Source of the DNA: Acidobacteriota bacterium
Lineage (GTDB): Bacteria; Acidobacteriota; UBA6911; JACQSX01
Direction: 5' to 3'
Length of the DNA stretch: 64,000 nucleotides
Assembly (NCBI GenBank): GCA_036507075.1
Contig: DASXQR010000228.1
Coordinates: forward strand, 32,001 to 96,000
Made by a program: the position numbers and the translations under genes. Of the stretch, positions 10,224 to 19,654 are shown piece by piece. Numbering within the stretch: the stretch's first letter is position 1; each line of letters opens with the position of its first letter. Below the pieces are notes generated by a model, which was given only the letters and a program-made list of their open reading frames with translations, did no database searches and was not told the origin of the DNA.

Positions 10224-10530
10224 GATGGAGGGACTGAGGGATGGAGGGATGGAGGGATGGAGGGATGGAGGGATGGAGGGATGGAGGGATGGAGGGACGG
10301 AGGGACTGAGGGACGGAGGGATGGAGGGACGGAGGGATGGAGGGACGGAGGGATGGAGGGACGGAGGGATGGAGGGACGGAGGGAGGACTAGCCTGAAAT
10401 CCCCGTGACCCTCTCTATCCCTCTATCTCTTTGTCCCTCTATCCCTCTATCCCTCTATCCCTCTATCCCTCAATCCCTCTATCCCCCTATCCCTCTATCC
10501 CTCTGTCCCTTCCTCTCTCCATCCCTCTCA
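10224..10530. repeat. Inverted octamer arrays: about 20x GGAGGGAY followed by about 15x ATCCCTCT
   Basis: Directly visible tandem units at 10224-10388 and 10408-10530. Confidence 0.95.
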
Positions 10531-10554
10531 ATAGGGGTCTGTCCCCTTTTTTGC

Positions 10555-10938
10555 TCAAACCTCGTATGTCGTAATCTCAATTTGAATCCCGTCAGGGTCC
10601 TGAAAATAGATCGAGTGTGCCATATCGTGGTCTTCGAATTGAAATGGAATTCCTCGGCTGGATAATGCGGCTTGAGCCTGTTGAAAATCCTCACGCGCGG
10701 CTCTGAAGGCGAGATGACGAATGCCTGCTTCGCCCGCGTCCGGGTGTTTCCATTTGGGCGCCTGTGGAGCGCGAAACAAAGCCACGCAGGTGGAACCTGC
10801 GCAAAGCATGACAGGCATTTCCCAGTTTCGGTGGCGTCGCTCCAAACCCAAGACATCCCGGTACCAGGCGACCGACTCCTCCATGTCCGAAACATTGATG
10901 GCAATATGATCAATTCCTTCAAGCTTGAAGGTAGCCAT
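10555..10938 (-). CDS. VOC/glyoxalase family protein
   Basis: IDHIAINVSD, HLAF, SIYFQDPDGIQIE. Confidence 0.9.
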   Translation of the reverse strand: MATFKLEGIDHIAINVSDMEESVAWYRDVLGLERRHRNWEMPVMLCAGSTCVALFRAPQAPKWKHPDAGEAGIRHLAFRAAREDFQQAQAALSSRGIPFQFEDHDMAHSIYFQDPDGIQIEITTYEV

Positions 10939-10950
10939 GGCAATTCCCTG

Positions 10951-12255
10951 TCAGAGGGCGCAGGTACGAAATCCGGCAAAGACGTCGCGGCGGTCCATGG
11001 TGTAGAAATTACGCCACGTGTTTCGAATCAGCCGCGAGCGGGTCGCCCAGCAACCGCCGCGCAGGACCTTGTAGTCACCGCCAAACCAGGGCTCCGAGTA
11101 TTCTTTGTAGGGATCTGCGACAAAACCCGGATAAGGCTGGAACGCATCGGCTGTCCACTCCCACACGTTGCCGATCATCTGGCGACACCCGAAGGCGCTT
11201 TCCCCCTGCTTGCATGCGCTGACCGGGCTGCAACCGATCCAGTTTGCGTCCAGGGGAGCGAGCTCAGGCGACGGAGGCCGATCTCCCCAGGGGAAGCGTC
11301 GTTTCGTCTGTGAGCAGGCACCAAGGGGCGCAGGTTCTGCCGATGCCGCTTTTTCCCATTCTGCCTCAGTGGGCAGCCGGCGCCCCGCCCAGCGGCAATA
11401 GGCCTGGGCCTCGTGCCAATTCACATGAATCAAGGCGACATCCTTCTCTAGCGGAATTATCTGATTGAAATGGCGCTGCAACCATTTGCCGGATGAATCA
11501 GGAGTCCAGTACAGAGGATGTTGAGCCGCCGCACCCTCCTTCCAAAACCATCCACTGTCACTCCAGTGGCGGCGTTGCCGGTAGCCGCCGTCATTGACAA
11601 AGTCGGTAAACTCGCCGTTGGTCACCGGGGTTCTTGCAATCAAAAATCGGCCGACGTCCACTGGATGGCACCACTTCTCGTTATCAAAAACGAACTCCTC
11701 GCCGCGCTCTGCTCCCAGCAGGAAGGCTCCCTCGGGAATTTCAATATCACGAAAAGGTTTTTCCTCTGAAGTCGATGCAGCAGGCGGCACAACCGCGTCG
11801 TTTGGCCGCGGCGCCGGATATGACAAGGTATGGCGCGTATAGGTGAACGCCTCGCCGTGCATGTCCTCATGCATCACAGCCAGCCAGTGGAAGTAAGCCT
11901 GTTGGTCTGTTGCTTCCTGACGTTCGAGTCCTTCCAGCACGCAGTCCAGAACATCCTGCATATATCTCAGCGTTTCTTTGCGAGAAGGGAGCGAGAGGTC
12001 CCAACGTGTGTCGTGCGCGACGGCGGCGGAATCCCACAATTGATCTGCATCTTTGCGGATCGACGGCAATCCACACAGGTGCCGCAACGCCCATTTCTCC
12101 TGGAACCAGGCAACGTGTCCGAGTTCCCACACTGGAGGATTAATGATAGAAAGAAGGGGAGTCTTCAACTGTTCGTCTGAAAGATCTGCCTGCAGTTCCA
12201 GCGTGCGCTTGCGGGTGTCCTGAAGCATGGAAATCAGTTCCCGCGAACTGAACAC
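10951..12255 (-). CDS. senA: Selenoneine synthase SenA-type non-haem iron enzyme (EgtB family, DinB-like + FGE-sulfatase domains); start GTG 12255 or ATG 12228
   Basis: INPPVWELGHVAWFQE, HEDMHGE iron-binding His motif, FDNE, RLPTEAEWE, GNVWEW; divergent from a senB-type glycosyltransferase. Confidence 0.8.
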   Translation of the reverse strand: MFSSRELISMLQDTRKRTLELQADLSDEQLKTPLLSIINPPVWELGHVAWFQEKWALRHLCGLPSIRKDADQLWDSAAVAHDTRWDLSLPSRKETLRYMQDVLDCVLEGLERQEATDQQAYFHWLAVMHEDMHGEAFTYTRHTLSYPAPRPNDAVVPPAASTSEEKPFRDIEIPEGAFLLGAERGEEFVFDNEKWCHPVDVGRFLIARTPVTNGEFTDFVNDGGYRQRRHWSDSGWFWKEGAAAQHPLYWTPDSSGKWLQRHFNQIIPLEKDVALIHVNWHEAQAYCRWAGRRLPTEAEWEKAASAEPAPLGACSQTKRRFPWGDRPPSPELAPLDANWIGCSPVSACKQGESAFGCRQMIGNVWEWTADAFQPYPGFVADPYKEYSEPWFGGDYKVLRGGCWATRSRLIRNTWRNFYTMDRRDVFAGFRTCAL

Positions 12256-12341
12256 CTCCCTTTTCCGTGTTGTGCCAGTGTTGATGCTCAAGGAGAATTC
12301 ACCTGTATTGTTTCCGGAAAACATAACATAACCATGACTGT

Positions 12342-13313
12342 ATGAAAATTCGGATGATATCTCCGGCCCCCTCGCGAAGCCTTTACGGAAACAGCATAAC
12401 CAGCCTTCGATGGCAGGGCATTCTGGAAGAGCTGGGACACCGGGTCGAAGTGACGCAGAAGTATGGCGGCGAACCATGCGATCTTCTTGTTGCGCTGCAT
12501 GCCAAGAAGAGCAGCCAGGCAGTATTTCGCTTCAGGGAAGCCTATCACGACAAGCCGATCATTGTTGCCCTTACCGGCACTGACGTTTATCGGGACATGC
12601 GCCTGTCAGCGCGGGCGCGGCGGGCTATCGGCTTGGCAACGCGGTTGATTGTGCTGCAGCCGCTGGCTGTTCAGGAATTGCCGCCGGGCATGCGACGAAA
12701 GGCGCGCGTCATTTTCCAATCTGCTGAAAAAACAGACAACGCGAAGAATCGGAGCAGCCGTTTTTTTGATGTGTGTGTCGTGGGACATTTGCGGGCCGTC
12801 AAGGATCCGTTCCGAGCCGCGTACGCAAGTCGTCTCCTGCCGGCCGGCTCTAAGATTCGAGTATTTCACCTTGGGGACGCGCGAGATAGAGCATTGGCTG
12901 CAAAAGCGAGAACCGAGCAGAATCGCAACCCCCGCTATCGATGGCTGGGCAGCAAATCGCACGCAGAAACTCTTCGCCATATCGCTGCCAGCCGCCTTCT
13001 GGTATTAAGCTCACGCATGGAAGGCGGGGCGAACGTGATTTCGGAAGCCGTCGCAAATCGCGTGCCGATTCTCGCTTCCCGGATCCCCGGCACGCTGGGG
13101 CTGTTGGGCCGCTATTATCCCGGTTACTTTCCGGTGGGGGACACACGCTCGCTCGCTGACCTGCTGTTGAAATCCGAACAAGACAGGGCCTTTTATTCGA
13201 GACTGAAGGCCCACTGCTCGACCCTGGCACCTCTGTTTCGCCCTTCGTATGAAAAGCAAGCATGGATGGAATTGCTCGAGGAATTGAGATTGAAAGCCAG
13301 TCGTGTTGAGTAG
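12342..13313 (+). CDS. senB: Selenosugar synthase SenB-type GT-B glycosyltransferase
   Basis: GNSITSLRW, ALHAKKS, LTGTDVY, GHLR.VKDP, SRMEGGANV motifs typical of SenB. Confidence 0.85.
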   Translation: MKIRMISPAPSRSLYGNSITSLRWQGILEELGHRVEVTQKYGGEPCDLLVALHAKKSSQAVFRFREAYHDKPIIVALTGTDVYRDMRLSARARRAIGLATRLIVLQPLAVQELPPGMRRKARVIFQSAEKTDNAKNRSSRFFDVCVVGHLRAVKDPFRAAYASRLLPAGSKIRVFHLGDARDRALAAKARTEQNRNPRYRWLGSKSHAETLRHIAASRLLVLSSRMEGGANVISEAVANRVPILASRIPGTLGLLGRYYPGYFPVGDTRSLADLLLKSEQDRAFYSRLKAHCSTLAPLFRPSYEKQAWMELLEELRLKASRVE

Positions 13314-13666
13314 AGTCTGTGAAGCCGGCCGCGTCTTATTCACCGCCGAGCCGCTGAGTACGCCGAGATCTCGCGGAGGATGGGTTTTGAAGACTCCGCG
13401 AAATCTTGGCGATCTTAGCGGCTCGGCGGTGAAAGCAGGGTGCCGATTCAAACGGGCCTGGATTCGTGCACGGCGCTCTTACACAACTGGACGGGCTTCC
13501 GGGGGTCTAAATTCGACAAAAAACCAACCATTCGCCTTCCTCAAGGGTCTAAGCCGGTACCAAATCGGCCTTCGGGAATTCCGCGCTTGAGACAAGGCCA
13601 GGAATTGCCCATGAAATTGAACCTTTAAAACGCGGTTTTCGTATCAAACCGGAGTGGAGGTGGTAA

Positions 13667-14692
13667 ATGAAACTGACATTGAAGTCTGGCTTGTTCTTGT
13701 CTCTGCTGCTCGCGGGCGCCTGCTCGTGGGAAAGCGCCGCCCTCGAAGCGATGGGGTGGGAAGGAATAGATCGCACCGTAAATCGCACATTTCAGGTCAG
13801 GCCGGGGGGGAAACTCACCGTCGAATCCGATCTCGGCTCCATCCAGGTCAAGTCAACCAGCTCGGACCGGGTTGACGTCGAAGTGATCCGAAAGGTCAAC
13901 GCGCGCGATGATGCGGAAGCGGATAAGATCTTAAGAGACCTGGACTTGCAGATCACCCAGTCGGGAAGTGATGTTCAGGTTCGCGCCAAGCTGCCTAGAC
14001 ATTTTGGCTGGGACAATTGGGGCAGGCATTTGCGACTGGCCTTCAATATTAATGTTCCGCGGAGCTTCAACGTCGACCTCCAGACTTCCGGCGGATCAAT
14101 CGGAGTTGACGATCTGCAGGGAGAAGTACGAAGCAAGACCTCAGGCGGCAGTTTGAGATTTGGGCATATTCAGGGCCCCGTTCATGGAAGGACGTCCGGG
14201 GGAAGCATTCACCTGGATTCCTGCAACGGCAATGCCGACGTGGAGACATCAGGCGGCAGCATCCAGATGGGAGACGTCGAAGGTGATGTCAGAGCGGACA
14301 CATCGGGCGGCTCGATCCGAATCGCCCGAGTTCAAGGGACCGTAAAGGCGGAAACGTCCGGCGGCAGTATTGACGTGGAAGAAGTGATGGGCCAGATTCA
14401 GGCAAGCACTTCGGGTGGGGGAGTTTCGGCAAGTATTTCGCGCCAGCCGCGCGGCGATTGCCGGCTCTCTACTTCCGGCGGCTCGATCAACGTCAACCTG
14501 GCCGACAGAATCGCGGTCGACCTTGATGCCGAAACCAGCGGAGGACATGTACGGGTGGATTTTCCCGTCACGATTCAAGGCGCTATCAGCAAAACCGAAC
14601 TTCGAACACCGCTGAATGGAGGCGGCCCAAAACTGTTTTTGCGCACCTCGGGGGGAAACGTCAACGTTCGCCGCTTGGGCGCCGACAAGTAG
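13667..14692 (+). CDS. DUF4097 beta-strand-repeat secreted protein
   Basis: Signal peptide; about ten TSGGS(I/L/V)-type repeats; GGAGG RBS. Confidence 0.88.
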   Translation: MKLTLKSGLFLSLLLAGACSWESAALEAMGWEGIDRTVNRTFQVRPGGKLTVESDLGSIQVKSTSSDRVDVEVIRKVNARDDAEADKILRDLDLQITQSGSDVQVRAKLPRHFGWDNWGRHLRLAFNINVPRSFNVDLQTSGGSIGVDDLQGEVRSKTSGGSLRFGHIQGPVHGRTSGGSIHLDSCNGNADVETSGGSIQMGDVEGDVRADTSGGSIRIARVQGTVKAETSGGSIDVEEVMGQIQASTSGGGVSASISRQPRGDCRLSTSGGSINVNLADRIAVDLDAETSGGHVRVDFPVTIQGAISKTELRTPLNGGGPKLFLRTSGGNVNVRRLGADK

Positions 14693-14874
14693 GAGTTGAG
14701 CACGAAAATTCGTGCTCAACCCCCACACCGTAAACTCTGCGCCCGGACAGCAAAATCTTCCGGTTGAGCCCGGCTTACCCCTACCTCCTTTCCTCGATTT
14801 ACACCTCTTATTTCGTCGAATTAAGCCGTGAAAATGGGCCTTCCATCAAAAGGTTTAAGACGATTAACCCGAGT

Positions 14875-14890
14875 TGGCATCTCTTTTGCT
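14875..14890 (+). promoter_or_regulatory. sigma54 (-24/-12) promoter
   Basis: TGGCATCTCTTTTGCT = GG-N10-GC with TGGCA/TTGCT flanks, about 90 nt upstream of microprotein A. Confidence 0.75.
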
Positions 14891-14981
14891 TAACCAAGCC
14901 ATAGAAGTTTGAAGGATAGCAGTCATGGAAGCTGAGACAAGGGTCTCTGGAGAAAATCAGATAAGGCTTTAGGAGAGAGTC

Positions 14982-15155
14982 ATGTACGACATTTTGGGAA
15001 TTCTTTTTCTGGTTTCGATCAGTGCAATTTTCCTCTTAATTCCGCTCGCTGTTGGGGCGATGCTGGTGTGGATCTTCGATCGATTGGTTCCGTTATTTAA
15101 TTCTCGCCGCAGCACATTTTCATTCCACAGAAAGCCCACCGGAGTTGAACGCTGA
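14982..15155 (+). CDS. 57-aa hydrophobic microprotein A (paralogue of 50395-50565)
   Basis: Below the ORF-track cut-off; AGGAG RBS; MYDILGILFLVSISAIFLLIPLAVGAMLVWIFDR...; 22/34 N-terminal identity to microprotein B. Confidence 0.8.
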   Translation: MYDILGILFLVSISAIFLLIPLAVGAMLVWIFDRLVPLFNSRRSTFSFHRKPTGVER

Positions 15156-15230
15156 TTTCCATTAACACGAATTTCACGAATCTTTTGAATGACTTCGTGA
15201 AATTCGTGTCCATTCGTGAGAATTCGTGAC

Positions 15231-16460
15231 TTACCAGTTTGTTATCGATCCATCCGGCCGGCGGAACATCGGAATCGGCCGGGAAACCTGTGTCACCTCC
15301 ACAACTTTAGTTGCGCGCTCCGGATTAAATTCCACACCCAGACCAGGACGTTCATTGGGCCATAACTTGCCGTTCCTGAAATCAAAATGCGCCGGCAAAT
15401 GAGCTTCGTTACGAGGCCCTGCGCCAGTCATCTCCATCAGAACGGGAACAGATGCTGCTCCGCACGCATGGACGAGAGCCGCCGTGGATACCGGCCCGGT
15501 AAAATGCGGTATTAGTCCCACGTAATGCGTCTCGCATAATGCGGCCAGTTTCATGAATTCGGTCAAGCCTCCCACATTGGGTATGGTGACCCGCGAAAAG
15601 TCGATCAATTGCTGTTCTACCAGTTCGTTGACCTGCCATTTATCTCCATAGTGTTCGCCCACGGCTATCGGGACTTTCACCTGCTGTCGCAGCGTTCGAT
15701 ATACCCCGGCATTTTCCGAGCGAACCAGATCTTCCGTAAAAAACGGCTCAAGATCCTCAATCAGGCTGCTTAGTCGCACCGCATCGGCAAAATCAAGACG
15801 GGTGTGGTAGTCAATCGCCCAATCGCCGTCTGGACCCACTCCCTCGCGAATTTCTTTGCAGTTTTCGTGAGTCTTTCTCACCATACGCTTGGAATCGAAA
15901 GGGTTATCACGGCCCGGATCCGCGACCGACGTTCGGAAGGCGCGAAAGCCGGCTTCCATGCAGGCGCGCGCGGTTTCCTTCAGACTTCCCTTGCTCGGAA
16001 AACCGGTGGCATAACATTCCACATAGTCACGCGTCAGGCCACCCAGCAGTTGATGAACCGGCAGCCCCAGCGCTTTCCCTTTAATGTCCCACAAAGCGAG
16101 ATCGAATGCCCCAAGCGCGTGAAGTTTTTCTCTTCCCGGCGGATAAAAATAACCACGATACATCAACTGCCAGAGATGCTCGATGCGGGCAGGATCTTCG
16201 CCGATGACCATTCCGGCGAGCTGTTCGATGGTGTCCCTGGACCCTCCCTCTCCTATGCCGGTAATACCTTGATCTGTTTCGACAGTCACGATACCGGTGC
16301 TTTGGTTGAAAGTGGGCCGTTGATTGGGAACCTGATAATATCGAACCCGGACAATCTTCATTTTCTGCAGGGCTGCAGACAGCAAGGTGCTGCATTTCTG
16401 CGCAACCAGCATCGAGCCGGCCGCGTACATCATCGATTTCAGGAACTGGCGCTTGTTCAT
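15231..16460 (-). CDS. Mandelate racemase/muconate lactonizing enzyme family (galactonate dehydratase-like) with Tat-like leader
   Basis: GITGIGE, DLALWDIKGKALGLPV, DYHTR, AVGE; N-terminus MNKRQFLK. Confidence 0.88.
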   Translation of the reverse strand: MNKRQFLKSMMYAAGSMLVAQKCSTLLSAALQKMKIVRVRYYQVPNQRPTFNQSTGIVTVETDQGITGIGEGGSRDTIEQLAGMVIGEDPARIEHLWQLMYRGYFYPPGREKLHALGAFDLALWDIKGKALGLPVHQLLGGLTRDYVECYATGFPSKGSLKETARACMEAGFRAFRTSVADPGRDNPFDSKRMVRKTHENCKEIREGVGPDGDWAIDYHTRLDFADAVRLSSLIEDLEPFFTEDLVRSENAGVYRTLRQQVKVPIAVGEHYGDKWQVNELVEQQLIDFSRVTIPNVGGLTEFMKLAALCETHYVGLIPHFTGPVSTAALVHACGAASVPVLMEMTGAGPRNEAHLPAHFDFRNGKLWPNERPGLGVEFNPERATKVVEVTQVSRPIPMFRRPDGSITNW

Positions 16461-16551
16461 GGAGTTCCTCCCGGTTTTCTGCAACTTCCAATTCTCGTCG
16501 CAACAGAACAGAAGGTGCAAGAAACAATATTGGAAATGATAAATTGCAGGT

Positions 16552-17379
16552 ATGAAAAGGACTTTTTCACTACAAAGACACAAAAGAAGACGAGGGGCAG
16601 GCGGAATCCGGTCAATTTCGATAATACCGGGAAAGTACACACTTTCCCTGACCGGATTCCGCCTGCCCCTCGTCTTCTTTTGTGTCCTTGGTGTCTTTGT
16701 GGTGAAGATTTCCCCGCAGGCGCCCGCCAATCCAACAGCGGAACAGATTCTTGAAAAGTACGTCCAGGCCTGCGGCGGGCGCGCGGCAATCGGCGGCCTC
16801 ATCAGTCGCGTATCCAAGGGCCGCAGGATGTATTCGAACGGATCCGTCGAATGGTTCGAGCTTTACTTGAAGGCTCCCGACAAATGGCTGGCCATCTACA
16901 AGACCGATAAGAGCATGGAACGGTATGGTTTTGACGGGAGCCGCGGATGGTTTGATGCTCATTGGCCGGACATTTCCAAGCTTCCCCGCGAGGTTGATCT
17001 TTACACCCCACTCAGGCTCAGAGAATGGTATCCGGATATGAAATTCGTGGGTATTGCAAGAGTCGAGGACAGGACGACATATGTGACCGAAGGAAGCTGG
17101 TCCGGGCGCCCGCCCGATCGCTATTACTTTGATGCTGAAACGGGGCTGTTGCTGCGGCAGGATGACAGAGCGCGCACCACCGTCTCCCGCGGCTCAGATT
17201 CGAAGACTCAAGAGACTGCAAACAAGCCGGTCGAGTATTACTTCAGCCAATATCGAAGTGTGAAAGGCGTCAAGTTGCCCTTTGTCGTCAGACGCAAAGA
17301 CAGCAGCGGAGTTCGCACCGAGATTTTCCATGAGATCCGGCACGACGTGCCGATACCGGATTCGAAGTTCTGGCGTTAA
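16552..17379 (+). CDS. Secreted hypothetical protein, LolA-like/lipoprotein-sorting-like (start uncertain)
   Basis: AEQILEKYVQACGG, GFDGSRGW, YYFDAETGLL, YRSVKGVKLPF; first ~50 codons overlap a repeat. Confidence 0.7.
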   Translation: MKRTFSLQRHKRRRGAGGIRSISIIPGKYTLSLTGFRLPLVFFCVLGVFVVKISPQAPANPTAEQILEKYVQACGGRAAIGGLISRVSKGRRMYSNGSVEWFELYLKAPDKWLAIYKTDKSMERYGFDGSRGWFDAHWPDISKLPREVDLYTPLRLREWYPDMKFVGIARVEDRTTYVTEGSWSGRPPDRYYFDAETGLLLRQDDRARTTVSRGSDSKTQETANKPVEYYFSQYRSVKGVKLPFVVRRKDSSGVRTEIFHEIRHDVPIPDSKFWR

Positions 17380-17424
17380 AAAACCTCTCGCCTGCCAAGC
17401 TAGAATCAAAGCAGGGGAGATAAC

Positions 17425-17868
17425 ATGCTTCGCAAACTGATCGAAACAGATGATAGCCTCGCTGGTTTTGTGCTGAGAATAATGTTGGGAATTGTCTTCT
17501 TTCCTCATGGCGCCCAGAAGATGCTCGGATGGTATGGCGGTCAAGGCCTCCAAACCACCATCGCGGGCTTCGGCTCCCAGGGAATACCTGCATTCCTGGC
17601 CTACCTTGTCGTCTTCGCGGAATTCTTCGGCTCGCTGGGCCTCGTCCTGGGCCTGCTGACCAGAATCGCGGCACTAGGTATCGCAGTGATCATGGCAGTG
17701 GCAATTTTCATGGTTCATATCCGCTTCGGATTTTTCATGAACTGGGTTGGCAATCAGCCCGGTGAAGGGTTTGAATACCACTTGCTGGCAATAGCGATCG
17801 CCGTGGCTTTACTGATCCGTGGCGGCGAGCGGTGGTCCATCGATGGCTGGCTCGCCCGCCGCAGCTAG
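17425..17868 (+). CDS. DoxX family membrane protein
   Basis: HGAQKMLGW.GG, EFFG, GFFMNW, GEGFEYH. Confidence 0.92.
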   Translation: MLRKLIETDDSLAGFVLRIMLGIVFFPHGAQKMLGWYGGQGLQTTIAGFGSQGIPAFLAYLVVFAEFFGSLGLVLGLLTRIAALGIAVIMAVAIFMVHIRFGFFMNWVGNQPGEGFEYHLLAIAIAVALLIRGGERWSIDGWLARRS

Positions 17869-17954
17869 ACGCCCTGAATTGGGGGACAGTCCCCTTTTTG
17901 AATTGAATTGGGGGACAGTCCCCTTTTTTCCCCAATTAGGCGCCAGAATAAGGG

Positions 17955-19592
17955 ATGAGGCAAGAGGCTGTCTCTCGATGGATTCTCACCTTGGCTACAC
18001 TGGGGAGCGGCCTGATCACGCTTTTTTCTCTAATGAAACCTCCCCTTCCGGCCCGCGCCGCCTTGCTGCATAGCGTATTCCCTCTGGAGTTTCTGCAACT
18101 GTCCCGTTTTTCGACGCTGTTGACCGGTTTTGCCCTCGTGATCTCCTCGGTCAACATTTACAGGCGTAAACGGCGTGCCTACCAGATCGTCCTGGTGCTG
18201 TCGATGCTGTCGATCCTCTTCCACCTCACTAAGGGACTTGACTATGAAGAAGCCCTGTTTTCTCTTCTTTTGCTTTGCCTCCTGCTCTGCACGCGCAGGA
18301 GCTTTACGGTAAGCAGCAGCTTGCCGGATTTGCGTTCAGAATTGATCCGGCTGGGTATTGCCGCGATCGTTGCTTTTGGCTACGGCGTGGGTGGTTTCTG
18401 GCTTCTTGACCGGCGTGAGTTTGGCGTCAATTTCACACTTGCAGATTCCATTCATCGAACGCTCCTGTTTCTCGCCTTGATCGGAGATCCGCATATCGCT
18501 CCTCATACGCGTCATGCCCGGTGGTTTTTGGAATCGCTCTATCTGATCACCATCACCGCCTCCGGGTATTCCGTCTTCGCCCTTTTTCGGCCCGCTCTTT
18601 ACCGCTTTACTACTCTTCCCAGAGAACGCGCGACTGCGACCGCGATCTTGCGCCAGCACGGACGTTCGGCTTTGGACTACTTCAAAAACTGGCCGGATAA
18701 GTCTTTTTTCTTTTCGGATTCAGAAAAGTCCTTTATCGCCTATTCGGTGGGGTCAAATTTCGCCGTGGTGCTGGGAGACCCGGTGGGCCCGGAAGAGGAA
18801 ATGGAGCTTGTAATTCGCAGGTTTTCGACGTTTTGCAGAGAAAACGACTGGCGCCTGGCCTTTCATGCGACGCTGCCCGACTTTCTTCCGATCTACCGCA
18901 GGTTGGGCTTCAAGAAACTAAAAGTGGGAGACGATGCCGTCGTGGACTTGGCGCAATTCGATCTGGCTGGAAAATCCATGAAAAAAATACGCCATACTAT
19001 TCGTTCGATTGAGAATGAGAGGGTTCGCACTATCCGGCACGAGCCGCCCATTCCGGATTCTATTCTGGCAGAAGTGAAGGCGGTGTCCGATGAATGGCTC
19101 AAGATTCCCGGGCGCCGGGAGCGCAGATTCTCCCTGGGCATGTTTGATCCCGGCTACCTTAGATCAACACCATTGTTCACCGCCGAGCGGGAGGATGGCC
19201 GCGTGCTGGCATTCGTAAACATCATCCCGTCCTACCGAAAGGGTGAGGCGACCGTGGATTTGATGAGACGACGCACCGATGCGCCCAACGGGATCATGGA
19301 TTTTCTCTTCATCAAGCTCTTCCTCCACTTCAAACAAAGCGGCTTCGAACGTTTCAACCTGGGAATGGCGCCGATGGCGGGTTTTCAAGCCCGGGAAGAA
19401 GCGTCAGTCGAGGAGCGCGCAGTGCACTTTTTCTTCCAGAGAATGAATTTTCTTTTCAGTTATCGTGGGTTGCACGAATATAAAGCGAAATTTGCAACTC
19501 ACTGGGAGCCGCGCTACGAAATTTATCGCAGGGCGCTTGATCTGCCCCGCCTTGCCATCGCGCTCGGAAAAATCGCCGAAGTTGGTCGCTAG
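17955..19592 (+). CDS. Aminoacyl-phosphatidylglycerol synthase (MprF-type TM + DUF2156 catalytic domain)
   Basis: HLTKGLDYEEA, DKSFFF, LGDPVG, VDLMRR, FNLGMAP, GLHEYKAKF..WEPRY. Confidence 0.88.
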   Translation: MRQEAVSRWILTLATLGSGLITLFSLMKPPLPARAALLHSVFPLEFLQLSRFSTLLTGFALVISSVNIYRRKRRAYQIVLVLSMLSILFHLTKGLDYEEALFSLLLLCLLLCTRRSFTVSSSLPDLRSELIRLGIAAIVAFGYGVGGFWLLDRREFGVNFTLADSIHRTLLFLALIGDPHIAPHTRHARWFLESLYLITITASGYSVFALFRPALYRFTTLPRERATATAILRQHGRSALDYFKNWPDKSFFFSDSEKSFIAYSVGSNFAVVLGDPVGPEEEMELVIRRFSTFCRENDWRLAFHATLPDFLPIYRRLGFKKLKVGDDAVVDLAQFDLAGKSMKKIRHTIRSIENERVRTIRHEPPIPDSILAEVKAVSDEWLKIPGRRERRFSLGMFDPGYLRSTPLFTAEREDGRVLAFVNIIPSYRKGEATVDLMRRRTDAPNGIMDFLFIKLFLHFKQSGFERFNLGMAPMAGFQAREEASVEERAVHFFFQRMNFLFSYRGLHEYKAKFATHWEPRYEIYRRALDLPRLAIALGKIAEVGR

Positions 19593-19654
19593 TACCCAAT
19601 ACTGTAAATTCGCGTAGGATTTCTGGCCGCTGATTTACACAAACAACACAGATC

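Noticed and set aside
10170..10665. ORFs with GWRDGGME / SIPLSL repeats
   Set aside because: Translations of the octamer arrays, with no coding evidence
12256..12477. N-terminal extension of SenA in the ORF track
   Set aside because: Overlaps the divergent senB start; the recognisable domain begins near 12255-12228
10951..13313. Selenocysteine (UGA) recoding near the sen genes
   Set aside because: Both frames are open with no internal UGA
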